NCBI RefSeq assembly: GCF_006345805.1
Contig: NC_043009.1
Coordinates: 46,934,001-46,998,000 of the forward strand
From: Octopus sinensis
Taxonomy: Eukaryota
DNA length: 64,000 nucleotides
Direction: 5' to 3'
The notes beneath the pieces are model-generated. The model was given only the letters and a program-made list of their open reading frames with translations, searched no databases and was not told the origin of the DNA. Positions 40,650-53,744 of the stretch are shown in pieces. The position numbers and the translations under genes were made by a program. Position 1 is the stretch's first letter, and every line of letters begins with the position of its first letter.

Positions 40650-41460
40650 TATGTATGTTAGGTCATTAAGAATGAAACGTGTCGATTTTGAAATGAACGA
40701 TTTTTTTTTACTTAATCTCAACAAAAGGCAATTTAGTATGCAGCTAAATTATCGAGACAATTTTGTCATTTTATCGGCAGCTTATTTATGCTGGTAGCAA
40801 AGAATTCTGGAGAACAAGAGGTGATGAAATCACGAAAGGCTGTTTTTGCATCTTCTCCAGATTTGAAGTGCTTTATTATGGTTTCCTATTAAATATATAC
40901 TCAATGTATGCTTAATATATATCATTACCCTACATTTTCTGCAAAAAAAAATGTCTAGATGGTCTATTTTCATTCAAATGCTGTTAGCGTGTTTCACCCC
41001 AAAAGTGAAGAATCTGAAATTAAAAAGAAAGGACGTTACACAGAATAATGAAAACATAACGATGTTGTTGTCATAGTGTGCATACCAGCTGGAAAAAGTT
41101 TTATTCAAAATCGATTCACAGAAAACCGAGAAATCCTAGATTTCCCTCCTAAACAATTAGCGTGGTTCTAAGTGTATGTATGCATACGCACGCTGTTACG
41201 TATGCGCACGCGTGTGTTTGCGTGAGTATCTACGTATTCATGCATATGTGTATATGTATGTAAATCGATATGCGTGCGCGTAATTATAATTCCACATATT
41301 CCTATAAAGTATTTCACATGATATTTGGTTATGTACTTTCCTCTTTCTTGCACTTATGTGAATGTATGCATACGTGAATAATTATGGTTATGTATAGATA
41401 AATTTTAAGTGTGTGTGTGTGTGTGTGTGTATTTATGTACATATGCGTGTATGTATATAA

Positions 41461-41496
<36 letters not shown>

Positions 41497-41498
<2 letters not shown>

Positions 41499-42568
41499 TA
41501 GCATTATGACCCGTCGTTGCCGGGTCATAGTGCTGGTGCATGTATATATGTGTATATATATGTGTACATATTACATGTACATCTATATATATACATCTAC
41601 ACATAAAATACAAAATACAAAGTTATATCTTGATATCGCCAGTGGTAACAATACTCAAAATATATAACAGACTGGAATTGTTAGCCCGTCTCTTGTAATT
41701 TCGATCAATTGTATCTTGTCCTCCCTCTAGTATAGAATTGTGGCTACAATCCAGCCTACCTCTACTTCTGGGGGGGGGCATTTTAAATTTTTATCCGGGA
41801 CGTCCTGCGTCCCAGATATAAAGGTAGAAATAAAATATTTCCACTTTGCAAGTTCGAGTCGAGTACTCCCTTGCACGCTCAGTTGACTCGAACCTTGCTT
41901 CTATTGTGGCGAATTTACCACCTATGGTTAGATATCTTTCATAGTCACACCAAGACACTTTTCGATGGTGCTTTCCTCCAGGTGTTCAAATCTTTTTTCT
42001 CTACATTGTATATTTTATAGACGATAGCTTTTTTCTTTAATTTAATTTTTTATTATCCATCTGGACCATTCCATTTCTGCACGCTAATTTTATTTTTAAT
42101 TTATTCACATTCATGTGAAACCACTTATTCAAGTTCAAGTCATTGATGCACTTTTATACCAACTGCTATTTTTACTTTTGTTATGTTACGATTATATTAT
42201 ACTTTAGTTTGATTTTAATTATTACTTACTACATATAATTCAATTATTATTAGTTTTATTGTTAAAGTGAAAGTATCTGACATAAAATAGAGAAATGTTT
42301 TTGTTTCAATTTTAATACGTAATACTGAAATAGTGGAGAAGATATGATATTGCTATGGGCTCACTCTAGGCAAGAAGTTGAACATTTTTTTTGCCCATAA
42401 ACCTACATGGCCCCTACGTAAGGCATGTGTAAAATTTGAATGAAATTGGTTGTGTAGTTCTCAAGTTTTAGGGAATAGTAGTGGAGAAGATATGATATTG
42501 CTGTGGGCTCGCCCTAGGCAAAAAGTTAATGAAATTGGTTGTATAGTTCTCAAGTTCTAGGGAAACAC

Positions 42569-42607
<39 letters not shown>

Positions 42608-42630
42608 TTCACAGTTTTATATATATAGAG
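41497..42630 (+). mobile_element. Possible Helentron/DINE-1-like non-autonomous element
   Basis: Starts ACTAG with a short hairpin TGACCCG..CGGGTCA (~41507-41527). It has an internal diverged tandem duplication (42331 vs 42478) and ends with (GACA)n-CATTC..TTTTATATATATAG. Classification is by recalled architecture only. Confidence 0.45.
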
Positions 42631-42756
42631 ATATATATTCTTTGTAAGGCCAGTACTTACTTTTTCGGTTTCTTTTGCCGAACCGCTAAATTACTGAGGC
42701 GTAAACACACCAACATCGGTTGTCAAGCGATGGTGGGGGAAAAACACAGACACACA

Positions 42757-42814
<58 letters not shown>

Positions 42815-42818
<4 letters not shown>

Positions 42819-43160
42819 AAAGTGCAAATAGAAGGCTCACATGAATATAGAACATACACAGAGGCTTCTGAAAATTCTTTCAAGACCCGATTTTATTCTC
42901 ATAGAGATACCTCGAAAATTGGACAAAGACAAGTCTGGCAAAATATGTCTGGAAATTAAAAGAAAATGAAACCTTTCAACGTGACGTGGAGAATTTTAGA
43001 TAAAGCATCACCTACAGATACGGTACGCATAAAAGACCCATCAAATATAATTTATGTCTTTTGGAAAAATTCTATATTTTTTTCCAGGACAATAGCGCTT
43101 TGAATCAAAGACGCGAACATTGAATTCCTGAAGACACGCAAGAAAATTTAAAATGTCAAC
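42815..43160 (+). mobile_element. Decayed GIY-YIG endonuclease C-terminus of a Penelope-like retroelement
   Basis: Across frameshifts: Y..ASENSFKTRFYSH, LAKYVWKLKE, NVTWRILDKA, (Y)NLCLLEKFYI, LNQRRE, LNS*RHARKF. This follows the PLE EN pattern FK.R...H / L.KY.W.LK / W.IL / CNLC..EK..I / LN.R.E...CRH. Confidence 0.75.
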
Positions 43161-43278
43161 TAACAAAATACGATATAGATAGTACATATTTTTGAATTTT
43201 GAACTAGTTTTCAATCCCACTGTATTTTGTAATGCACGGTGTATATTTCGATGTATTTCTTAAGAAAACCTTCGAGTG

Positions 43279-43333
<55 letters not shown>

Positions 43334-43614
43334 CAACAATTGAGGGTAAAATTAATTAATTATTAATCAGTTTCACCAAGTGTTCAGTATGTAAAGGGAC
43401 CATTATAGGCGAATTCAAAATATTACATTATATATAAGGGCTTAGTAAAATAAATTACTTTGCCACATACTGAACTCATTAGAAATAGCAGCTAAAGAAA
43501 TTTCTTCAGCTATTTCTAATACTTAAAGAAGATCTCTCTCAGATAGTGTTTGCCTAAACTAACTCACAAAAGTATGGGGGAAAAAACATTAAAAAATCAA
43601 GTGCAAAGGTTATT

Positions 43615-43666
43615 TGAGAACGTACGTTTCTAGATTAGTCAATTCGACATTTCTTTCTTCAGCTCA
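43615..43666 (-). ncRNA. Type I hammerhead-ribozyme-like motif, copy 1
   Basis: Exact reverse complement of 43990-44041. Confidence 0.65.
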
Positions 43667-43989
43667 GAATTCCTTGAATCGGATTTGGGAACACTTAAAG
43701 TCGGGAGCATACCCTTTCGGCTTCTAATCACCTATAGAATTCTGCTCGAACTAAAAGTGCTATCAAATTCGAATATGCAAGCGAAGAATTTCTGTTCTCC
43801 CCTTTCCACCAGCGTGGGTTAAAATTGACAAACACCAAGTATTAACAGTGAAAACCGCAGAATTTAGCTAAGAGAGATGAATTATAATTTCAACAATTGA
43901 GGGTAAAATTAATTAATTCTATAGGTGATTAGAAGCCGAAAGGGTATGCTCCCGACTTTAAGTGTTCCCAAATCCGATTCAAGGAATTC

Positions 43990-44041
43990 TGAGCTGAAGA
44001 AAGAAATGTCGAATTGACTAATCTAGAAACGTACGTTCTCA
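43990..44041 (+). ncRNA. Type I hammerhead-ribozyme-like motif, copy 2
   Basis: Stem I TGAG(43990-93)/CTCA(44038-41); CUGAAGA 43994-44000; imperfect stem II; GAAA 44026-29; palindromic stem III ACGTACGT; GUU site with predicted cleavage after 44037. Confidence 0.7.
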
Positions 44042-44546
44042 AATAACCTTTGCACTTGATTTTTTAATGTTTTTTCCCCCATACTTTTGTGAGTTAGTTT
44101 AGGCAAACACTATCTGAGAGAGATCTTCTTTAAGTATTAGAAATAGCTGAAGAAATTTCTTTAGCTGCTATTTCTAATGAGTTCAGTATGTGGCAAAGTA
44201 ATTTATTTTACTAAGCCCTTATATATAATGTAATATTTTGAATTCGCCTATAATGGTCCCTTTACATACTGAACACTTGGTGAAACTGATTAATAATTAA
44301 TTAATTTTACCCTCAATTGTTGAAATTATAATTCATCTCTCTTAGCTAAATTCTGCGGTTTTCACTGTTAATACTTGGTGTTTGTCAATTTTAACCCACA
44401 CTGGTGGAAAGGGGAGAACAGAAATTCTTCGCTTGCATATTCGAATTTGATAGCACTTTTAGTTCGAGCAGAATTCTATAGGTGATTAGAAGCCGAAAGG
44501 GTATGCTCCCGACTTTAAGTGTTCCCAAATCCGATTCAAGGAATTC

Positions 44547-44598
44547 TGAGCTGAAGAAAGAAATGTCGAATTGACTAATCTAGAAACGTACGTTCTCA
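44547..44598 (+). ncRNA. Type I hammerhead-ribozyme-like motif, copy 3
   Basis: Identical to copy 2, 557 bp downstream (CUGAAGA 44551-57, GAAA 44583-86). Confidence 0.7.
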
Positions 44599-44790
44599 AA
44601 TAACCTTTGCACTTGATTTTTTAATGTTTTTTTCCCCCATACTTTTGTGAGTTAGTTTAGGCAAACACTATCTGAGAGAGATCTTCTTTAAGTATTAGAA
44701 ATAGCTGAAGAAATTTCTTTAGCTGCTATTTCTAATGAGTTCAGTATGTGGCAAAGTAATTTATTTTACTAAGCCCTTATATATAATGTA

Positions 44791-44822
<32 letters not shown>

Positions 44823-45242
44823 TTCATGTTTAAGATTTTATTTTTATTTCATTTTATTGTATTTTACAAACCCATTTAATCGTTATATTTATGGATAATT
44901 CGATATATGGCGTTCTATTTTGCATGTCTTTTACCCGATTTTTATTATTATACACTCAGCATTTTTTTAAATGTTGTTTATATATATACGTTAGGACCTA
45001 GATATGTTTTTAGTGGATGTCTGAATTGTAGGCACGTATTTGTATGTGTGTATATGTGTAAGTAAGCGTGTATGTTTATACATGTACACATAGTGCATGG
45101 TTGTATATGTACGCATTTATACACTTATATTTGTGTGGATATGTATTTACGTGCATATCTCCATATATACGTGATCTTATATGTGTATTTATATGCTAAT
45201 ATATACTTATGTGTGTGTGTATATATATATATATAGAGAGAG

Positions 45243-45335
<93 letters not shown>

Positions 45336-45987
45336 TGCCTAATTTTATTTTATGTGTACTTTTATTACGCACATTCCGTCACTTATCTCTCCTTTTTCAT
45401 TCCTTACGCAAAGCATCCTTTCTCTCCCGATTCGTTAGTTTGATAGCAGCCTTAAAAAAATGCGTTCCTCTTCTCCCTCCCTCTTACTTCCCTCTTTCTT
45501 TCGCTTCTTTGGGGTTCTTCTTTGCTTTTCCTTTCCACTCCCTACGTTTATGATATACTTCCTGTCTGTATTGTCTGTTATAACTGACTTTTATATGTAT
45601 ACACCAAGAGATTTCTGTGCGCATGCGTGAAGGCGTGCATATATGTATATGTGTATTTGTACATATATTTATGTCTTACATATATATGGCTGTATATGTA
45701 TGTAGCTATGTGCATGCATCTGTGTATTTTGATATATATATATATATGCATATTATAGATGGTCTAGTATGGGTATATACTGTTGTAAAATATTTATATA
45801 ATGCAGCGGGAAAACTTTAATTTTAATTTTAATGTATTAATTTATTTATATTTCAGTCTCTTTGGTGTCTTCTAGTGTAACCTCGGACAGACCAAAGTCT
45901 TGTGAGATTTGGTAGACATAAACTGAAAGAAGCCCATCATCGTATATGTGTGTGTGTGTTGTTTGTGTGTGTGTGTGTGCATATATA

Positions 45988-46043
<56 letters not shown>

Positions 46044-46076
46044 ATATATATATATATACATATGTATATACATACA

Positions 46077-46117
<41 letters not shown>

Positions 46118-46147
46118 ATACATATATATACATATATATATACATAC

Positions 46148-46225
<78 letters not shown>

Positions 46226-47001
46226 CGTCTGTTCTATGGTCTATGACCAGAACTCAGGAAACTTGGTTGAGTGTTCTATGGTCTATGACCAGACCTTGGG
46301 AAACTTGGTTGAGTCCTCATCTTATAAAATGTGGCCCCAGTAGACCCAAATGAAATCGGGTTATATTAACCAAAATGTGAAAAGGGGTCTAAATGGGGCT
46401 GGAAGGGGATTAAAATTTAAAGGAGCGGGTGTTTAGCAGTTCTCTGTTACATCAAGCTAAAAAATTTGCGCCAGCCTTTTAATCGTCAATGTGTTGCCGT
46501 CCATGATGAAGAAGTTTTGAATGCTTGCCATCGTGAGTCTACTGTCGTGAGAAATAATCAATTCAAAACTTGGTTTTTAGGGATTTTCTTTTACATCAAG
46601 TTCAAAATTTTACGCCAGCCGTTGAACTGTCAATACGTTGCTGTCCGTCGTTAAGAAATGCCAGCCATGGTGACTCTACTATCCTCAAATTCTATCCCTT
46701 CAAACTTTGGTTTCCAATATTTTTTTATTCTTATTCAGCTCGCAAGTTCGTCTGTCCCTTTTAAATGTTAGTGTTTTGCTGTCTGCCTTGAGGCAGAGCT
46801 TTCCGTTGTTACTGCCTGATATTTATGGTTGATCTTTCTAAATATTTTATTTCTCAACTTACTCAAGATCTTTTGTTGTTTACAAATGGGAGAGAGATAG
46901 ATAAAGATAGAGTGTAAGAGAAAGCGAGGGAGGGTCCGAGAGAAAGGAAGAGTAAGAGAGTGGGAAAGTGAGAGAGAAAGGAGAGAGAAACAAAGAGGGA
47001 G

Positions 47002-47035
<34 letters not shown>

Positions 47036-47038
<3 letters not shown>

Positions 47039-47290
47039 GTTTAACGTCCGTTTTCCGTGCTAGCACGGGTTGGACAGTTTGACAGGCTCCAGTCTGATCT
47101 GGCAGTGTTTCGACAGGTGGATGCCCTTCTGTGAGCGTAGTGGGTGCTTTTTTCGTGCCGCCGGCACAGGTGCCAGGGGGGCTGGCAGCGGTCACGATTG
47201 TTGGTGCTTTTTACGTGCCACCAGCACAGAAGCCAGTCAAGGCGGCGCTGCAATCCGCCACGTTCGGATGGTGCTTTTTACGTGCTGAAA
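47036..47290. mobile_element. Interspersed repeat/SINE-like fragment next to (CAT)n with internal subrepeats
   Basis: GGTGCTTTTT(A/T)CGTGC occurs three times; higher-GC block with abrupt boundaries. Confidence 0.55.
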
Positions 47291-47353
47291 GGAAGCAACA
47301 GAAAGTAACAACCACACTCTTACCCGCGCGTAGAGCGGGTCACCTTCAGCTAG

Positions 47354-47408
<55 letters not shown>

Positions 47409-47409
47409 G

Positions 47410-47490
<81 letters not shown>

Positions 47491-47918
47491 GTGTGTGTGT
47501 GTATGTATGTATTTTGTCATACGCTTCAACAGATTCGAACGTGAATATACCAATCGCTAATGCATTTAGTCAACAGCTCTTGTTCAGATTCATTGGTTCG
47601 GATTTAGATTTGACTAAAGTAATATAATCACATGACATCAAGTTGTACTCTAAAGTTGAAGTCATATAACCACTCACTATAGACCCCGTCGTTTATTGCT
47701 GTTGGCCTGTGCTAAAACGAATACATTTAATGTTTATAGCAAGACAGCTTTCTCTATTTCTATGCTTAACATCTACTCGTTGTCAGCTGGATGTTTTGTC
47801 AGTAAGAATCTTGATCGAAAATGCCGCAATACAATTACTTTTACCACTGCTGTATTATCTTCTCTGACACTACAACATCTACTACTACTGATACTACTAC
47901 TACTACTACTACTACTAC

Positions 47919-48012
<94 letters not shown>

Positions 48013-48177
48013 AATAACAATAATAATAATAATAAATATTAACTATACCAATACTATGCTACACAACTCTTATACTAAACACATGCATACGCACATACAC
48101 ACATTTCTACATATATATGTACTTATATATATGTAATATACATATATTTACATACACATACATGCTTGTAGATATAT

Positions 48178-48223
<46 letters not shown>

Positions 48224-49239
48224 ATGCGTATATATATATATACGCATACACCACCCACACACCCCCACACATATATATGTATGTGTGTATGTATATATAT
48301 ATGTGTGTGTGTATGCGTGTGTGTGCTGATGACAGAAAACGGTGGTGGTGGTGGTGGTGGTGGTGCTATAACTTCGAGTAAAGGTGACTAATAAAGCTGG
48401 ATCTGGTCATTAATTACATTACTAATTATGACGTGGTGAACGAGATAAAGAGAATGAAGAAAGGTACCTAAATGAATTCCATATTAAATTAGAAGGCGAA
48501 GAACCTTATGGTTACCACTTTTACTATTGGTTCCAATAACAAATCAATATTCCCCCGGTGACTCCACATTTAGATTTTATTATAATCATGTGTGATGTTA
48601 CTCTTATTTGTTTAGGTATTTGATAGATTCTTGAGTAATTATCAGGGGAAGTAGGTTATGTAGAGATGGTAATAACGTTTTTCCTTGATAATGATTCCAA
48701 GTAAGACCATATCATCACATCAGATTCATCTTCCCACGTTTAATTACGAATGATACGTACAAATTTCTATCTTTCTCTCTTCACCCGTCACCTTGCTCTC
48801 TCTTTCCTTTTCTCCCCCCTCTCTCTCTCTCTGTATCTCTGTCTATCTATCTATCTCTCTCTCATATTGTCTATATGCTACCTTCAAGTTAGGTAACAGA
48901 AGTCATAGCTAATTAGCTCATTGCTCGCTGTCAGACATAGTGTGAGTTTTCAGTCAGGCATACATTCACACGTACGTACGTAGGTACGTATGTAGTTTGC
49001 ACCGGTTGATGCATTTTGTGCTTGAGCAAAATGATTCATCTCACGTTGCTCTGCGATCACTTCGGCACCTGACGCGTGGTACACAATGCACCTGTTCAGA
49101 TAATATCGATTTGATGGAGAGAGTGAGCTAATATGCGGCACGAACATTTCATCATTATCAACAAATCATTTGTGCAGCTCGTTCGGCAAAAGCTGAAAGC
49201 TCATACGTTGAGCCCATCATATATATATATATATATATA

Positions 49240-49450
49240 TATTCTTTTACTTGTTTCAGTCAGTTGACTGCGGCCATGCTGGAGCACTACCTTAAAGGGT
49301 TTTAGTCGAACAAATCCACCCTAGGACTTATTCTTTGTAAGTCTAGTACTTATTCTATCACCCCTTTTGAGGAACCGCTAAGTTACTGGCACCTAAACAC
49401 ACCAGCATCGTTTGTCAAGCGATGGTGGGAGAACAAACACAGACACATAC
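49240..49450 (-). mobile_element. SINE family C, 3' half
   Basis: Matches the other family C copies. Confidence 0.8.
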
Positions 49451-49465
49451 ACACACAAACACACG

Positions 49466-49534
<69 letters not shown>

Positions 49535-49613
49535 GATTCAGTTGAATTAGGAATTTAAATTGACGCACCTTGCCAGTTCGGTATAGTACATACAGCTCTA
49601 AATTGGACGAACA

Positions 49614-49655
<42 letters not shown>

Positions 49656-49696
49656 TTTCGAAGTAAGAATAAGCAGAAGTCACATTCCATGAGAGT

Positions 49697-50522
49697 AAGA
49701 GGCATTCAAAAAATATCCGTCTTTATCTTTTCCCGTCAAAACTAATGCCGCGTGGACAAAATTCACCCTTCCTGCACATGTAAATTTTTGCACCGGTAGA
49801 CCGAATCATTTCTCAGCTATTACACCTAGAGGACTGGCGTGTAGTGCGCGCTCGTCAGATTTTCGATTTCACGCAAGATGACCGAATGCATGGAGCAGAG
49901 GGCATAAACCCATCATCCAGTGACGATGGTCTTCATGTCTGGGTCGTAGTTTGCACATTCCAGCATGTCCTAGACAATTTCCATCCGAAGTTGCTCCCGC
50001 CGCTCCGCCTGCACCTCGGGGGCGAATTTCACTGACATTCTCCGCATACGCATGTTCCTTCGTTAAAACGGAATGCACTGATCTTCTGCTTATTCTCACT
50101 TCGAAAGCTATTTCGTTGATTGTTACATGACGGTCTTTCATGACTATTCGCCGAACCTTTTCAGCAGGCCCCTCGTTTTCGCTTGTGTATGGCCTGCCTG
50201 AGCGTGCCTCAAACTCCACTGAAATGCAGCCATGTTTGAAGCGGCTGTCCGACTCCTTGATCTGAGTATGGCCCATGGCATCATTGACAAAGGCCTGCTG
50301 AATCGTCTGGTTGGTCTGAGCTTGAGAATCCCCAAGCATTTGACAAAATTTGATGCAATATCTCTGATCGATGCGTTCGGTGAAAACGAAAATCCGATGA
50401 GCTTACACTATATGTCTGTACTCGAGGTGTAACAGCCTGGAACTGAAACAGAACACCGGCGCGAAAATTTTCACGTATGCGCAAGAACGTTGGCGTCTAT
50501 GAACTTTTCACTGACTCGTCCT
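49697..50522 (-). mobile_element. Decayed, internally deleted mariner transposon
   Basis: Minus strand: RFKHGCISVEFEARSGRP.TS.N..KVRRIV..DRHVTINEIA.EV.IS..SVHS.LT..MRRMSVKF.P. Confidence 0.8.
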
Positions 50523-50913
50523 TCGTTTATGTGTGTGTGTGTGTGCGTAAATTATTGACAACACAAGATTTACTTATTCATCTGTATTAGCTTGCATCAG
50601 TTCTGGCTACAGAAACTTGTGTATGGGTGTGTGAGCATAGAGCGACAGGTTAACAACGAAATATCAATAACCACCCCCAATCCTACAAGTACCTGTGGTA
50701 TCTGCAGAGTTTACGTCACCTCTACGACAATTCCTCCGTCGCAATAACTCTATTTCTGTATTGTCCACTTAATCCTGCACCCCACTCCACTGATGCTGCA
50801 ATCATATCCTTTATCACCAGCTCTATAGCCACATAAACAACCCGTATCACTCTAAAATAACATCATCGGTAGCAGTACAAGCACCAGCACCAATACCAGC
50901 AACAACAACAACA

Positions 50914-51105
50914 GTGGAGACGCAATGGCCCAGTGGTTAGGGCAGCGGACTCGCGGTCGTAAGAACGCGGTTTCGATTCCCAGACCGGGCATTGTGAGTG
51001 TTTATTGAACAAAAACACCTAAGCTCTTCGAGGCTCCGGCACGGGGCGGGGATGAACCCCGCTGCATTCTTTCACCACAACTTTTTCTCACTCTTTCTTC
51101 CTACT
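50914..51105 (+). mobile_element. SINE family B, 5' half
   Basis: GTGGAGACGCAATGGCCCAGTGGTTAGGGCAGCGGACTCGCGG head. Confidence 0.85.
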
Positions 51106-51904
51106 TCTACCACAAAGCTGTAATCCAAATGATGTAATCCACTATGGCGTGGTAAACTTTCAGACCCTAGTCTAGATTGCGAATCCTCTGCACCCCAAGA
51201 TGGTTCAGCTCTCCACTCGTTAAAAGTCACCATTTATGGAATGAGGATAACAACGTAGCTTTCACGCCCGTGCAACCGCCAGCCTATCGCGTGTGGTGGG
51301 TGGACCTTCAAATTGTTACACGCATTCTTAGTAGCTTAGAGTAGGCTCGAATTAGGGATTATTCTTTGTGGCTAATGGCGTGAGTCCTGATTGGAAGAAG
51401 AAGAAGAAGAAGAAGAAGAAGAAGAAGGAGGAGCAGGAGCAGGAGGAGCAGGAGGAGCAGGAGAAGAAGAAGAAGAAGAAGAAGAAGAAGAAGAAGAAGA
51501 CGACAACAATAACAGCAGCACTGCTTCAGTTATTAGTGTGTTTTTTTTACTAACACCTATACCCCGAGAACAATATCTGCCAATTCACAATACCATCGCC
51601 ACAACCAGCGCCGTCATCTTGTCCAGTCGCTTGTATGTCTTCCGCTGCCACTATCTCGAAAACAACAATAATTATTACAACAAAGCAACAACTGTCTACC
51701 CTTCCTAATGTCATCGCTACTAGTGCCACCATCTTCTCCGCTCTTGTCTCCTTTAATATCAATAAAATCAACATCACCAACTTCTTTTCTACTCTAAAAT
51801 TATAACATCTGTATGATCGCTTTAACATCGGCTGACTACAGCTGAACTTTAATAGAAAATAAGAGCTACAAAGTACTGGTAACCTTTTCTATAATATCAT
51901 TATT

Positions 51905-52290
51905 CTTTTATTCTTTTACTTGTTTCAGTCATTTGACTGCGGCCATGCTGGAGTATCGCCTTTAATCGAGCAAATCGACCCCAGGACTTATTGTATGGAA
52001 GCCTAATACTTATTCTATCGGTCTCTTTTGCCGAACCGCTAAATTACGGGGACGTAAACACAACAGCATCGGTTGTCAATTATGTTGGGGGCGGGGAACA
52101 AACACAGATACACAAACATATACAAACACATACATATATATACATATATACGACGGGCTTCTTTCAGTTTCCGTCTATCAAATCCACTCACAAGGCTTTG
52201 GTCGGCCCGAGGCTATAGTAGAAGACACTTGCCCAAGGTGCCACGCAGTGGGAATGAACGCGGAACCATGTGGTTGGTAAGCAAGCTACT
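51905..52290 (-). mobile_element. SINE family C, near full length
   Basis: Matches 55350-55768. Confidence 0.88.
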
Positions 52291-52815
52291 TTATTTCATC
52301 AAGTTTGCCATGACGGCATTACAAAGAGTAGCTTGCGGGCTGGACAGAAACATTAATGGGATGAATCATGAAAAAAAAAATTGAAAAAAATGATATTAAT
52401 GGGAGAAGACAAAAAACGCCCGTCGATTTTTTGCTTCTTAATACATTATTCTTTAAAAAAAAAATGAGGAATTAAACCTCTTACTTTAGTTTATTACAAA
52501 TTTTCTTTTAGTCTTCAAAAGAACCTCTTACCCAGATTGAGACGCCAAGTCTCTACAGGCAATTCCTCAGCCGCAAGTCGGGGCACCAAAAGATATTATT
52601 GTAATCTTCCTTCGAAGAATATGGTCAATCTTTTGAAGTACGTAACTTACCATCGACATTACCGAGGCAAACGAAAGCGTTGCCACAGGAAACCGAATTG
52701 CTATCGTAGATTTGATGTCATGAAAATGACAACATGTATTACGGTGGTCATTAATTTTCAGTTTCTAGAACTTTTTTTAATGAAGTGTATTTATCAATGT
52801 GTAATTGTCGCCATT

Positions 52816-53209
52816 GTGGAGGCGCAATGGCCCAGTGGTTAGGGCAGCGGACTCGCGGTCGTAGGATCGCGGTTTCGATTCCCAGACCGGGCGTTGTGAG
52901 TGTTTATTGAGCGAAAACACCTAAAGCTCCACGAGGCTCCGGCAGGGGATGGTTGGTGGTGATCCCTGCTGTACGCTTTCACCACAACTTTCTCTCACTC
53001 TCACTCTTACTTCCTGTTTCTGTTGTACCTGTATTTCAAAGGGCCGGCCTTGTCACTCTCTGTGTCACGCTGAATATCCCCGAGAACTACATTAAGGGTA
53101 CACGTGTCTGTGGAGTTCTCAGCCACTTACACGTTAATTTCACGAGCAGGCTGTTCCGTTGATTCGGATCAACCGGAACCCTCTTCGTCGGAACCGACGG
53201 AGTGCTTCC
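52816..53209 (+). mobile_element. tRNA-derived SINE, family B, full length with TSD
   Basis: AATT(G/A)TCGCCATT is duplicated at 52803-52815 and 53210-53222. Confidence 0.92.
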
Positions 53210-53744
53210 AATTATCGCCATTCATTTATAACCAACAGATCTGATCCTAAGGTACACGGAGACAATGTAGAGTATGGTACCTCGTTCAGAACCTCAACAG
53301 GTAATTACAGCAGGTTAGAGACATGATAAGCAATCAAACGGCGCAGAAGCTATGTCAATCAATAAATTTCATATCACACATTGACACTCACTGAGTATTA
53401 ATACCTTGCTAATGGTAAATTATACGTAGAATATTAAAGAACTGGAAGCCGCCATCCAATATACACACATACACGCGCACACAAGCAAACACACATACAA
53501 ACACCATACACTAACACACACACCCAAATACAAACACACACATACACATACGTACGCATGCACACGCACGCACAAAATCTGCGAATAAACTAATAAAATA
53601 AAGAAAATTTTCTTTATCCCGAGCTGTTGACATGACAACGTTCAGAAATTCCAAGGATAAATATAATTCGGGGCTCTCTTACACCGCTCAATTTTATTTC
53701 CTTATCACAGCATCTCTGACAGTTCCAACAGGCTATATATCCAG

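Larger units (their letters stand above)
43326..44792. mobile_element. Inverted plus tandem array of a 557-bp non-coding unit (PLE pseudo-LTR/retrozyme-like)
   Basis: 43326-43918 is one unit with a ~35-bp terminal direct repeat. 43915-44792 is ~1.6 tandem units in the opposite orientation (period 557). Copies differ by about one SNP and one homopolymer length. (TA)n flanks both ends. Confidence 0.9.

Noticed and set aside
43129-43131. TGA at the conserved Cys of the PLE endonuclease CRH motif as a possible selenocysteine
   Set aside because: Sec-encoding PLEs have been reported in other invertebrates, but this copy has several frameshifts and another Cys mutated to Tyr. Ordinary decay explains it, and I saw no SECIS.
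46230-46313. 42-bp direct repeats as a CRISPR array
   Set aside because: Only two adjacent units, no spacers, no cas genes, and a eukaryotic context.
52510-52640. FKRTSYPD peptide resembling a homeodomain helix 1-2 junction
   Set aside because: An immediate stop follows and there is no WFxNRR helix 3; likely chance.
52816-52890. tRNA-Arg-like and other tRNA-like sequences at SINE heads as real tRNA genes
   Set aside because: They lack a proper acceptor stem, continue into conserved SINE bodies and are flanked by TSDs.
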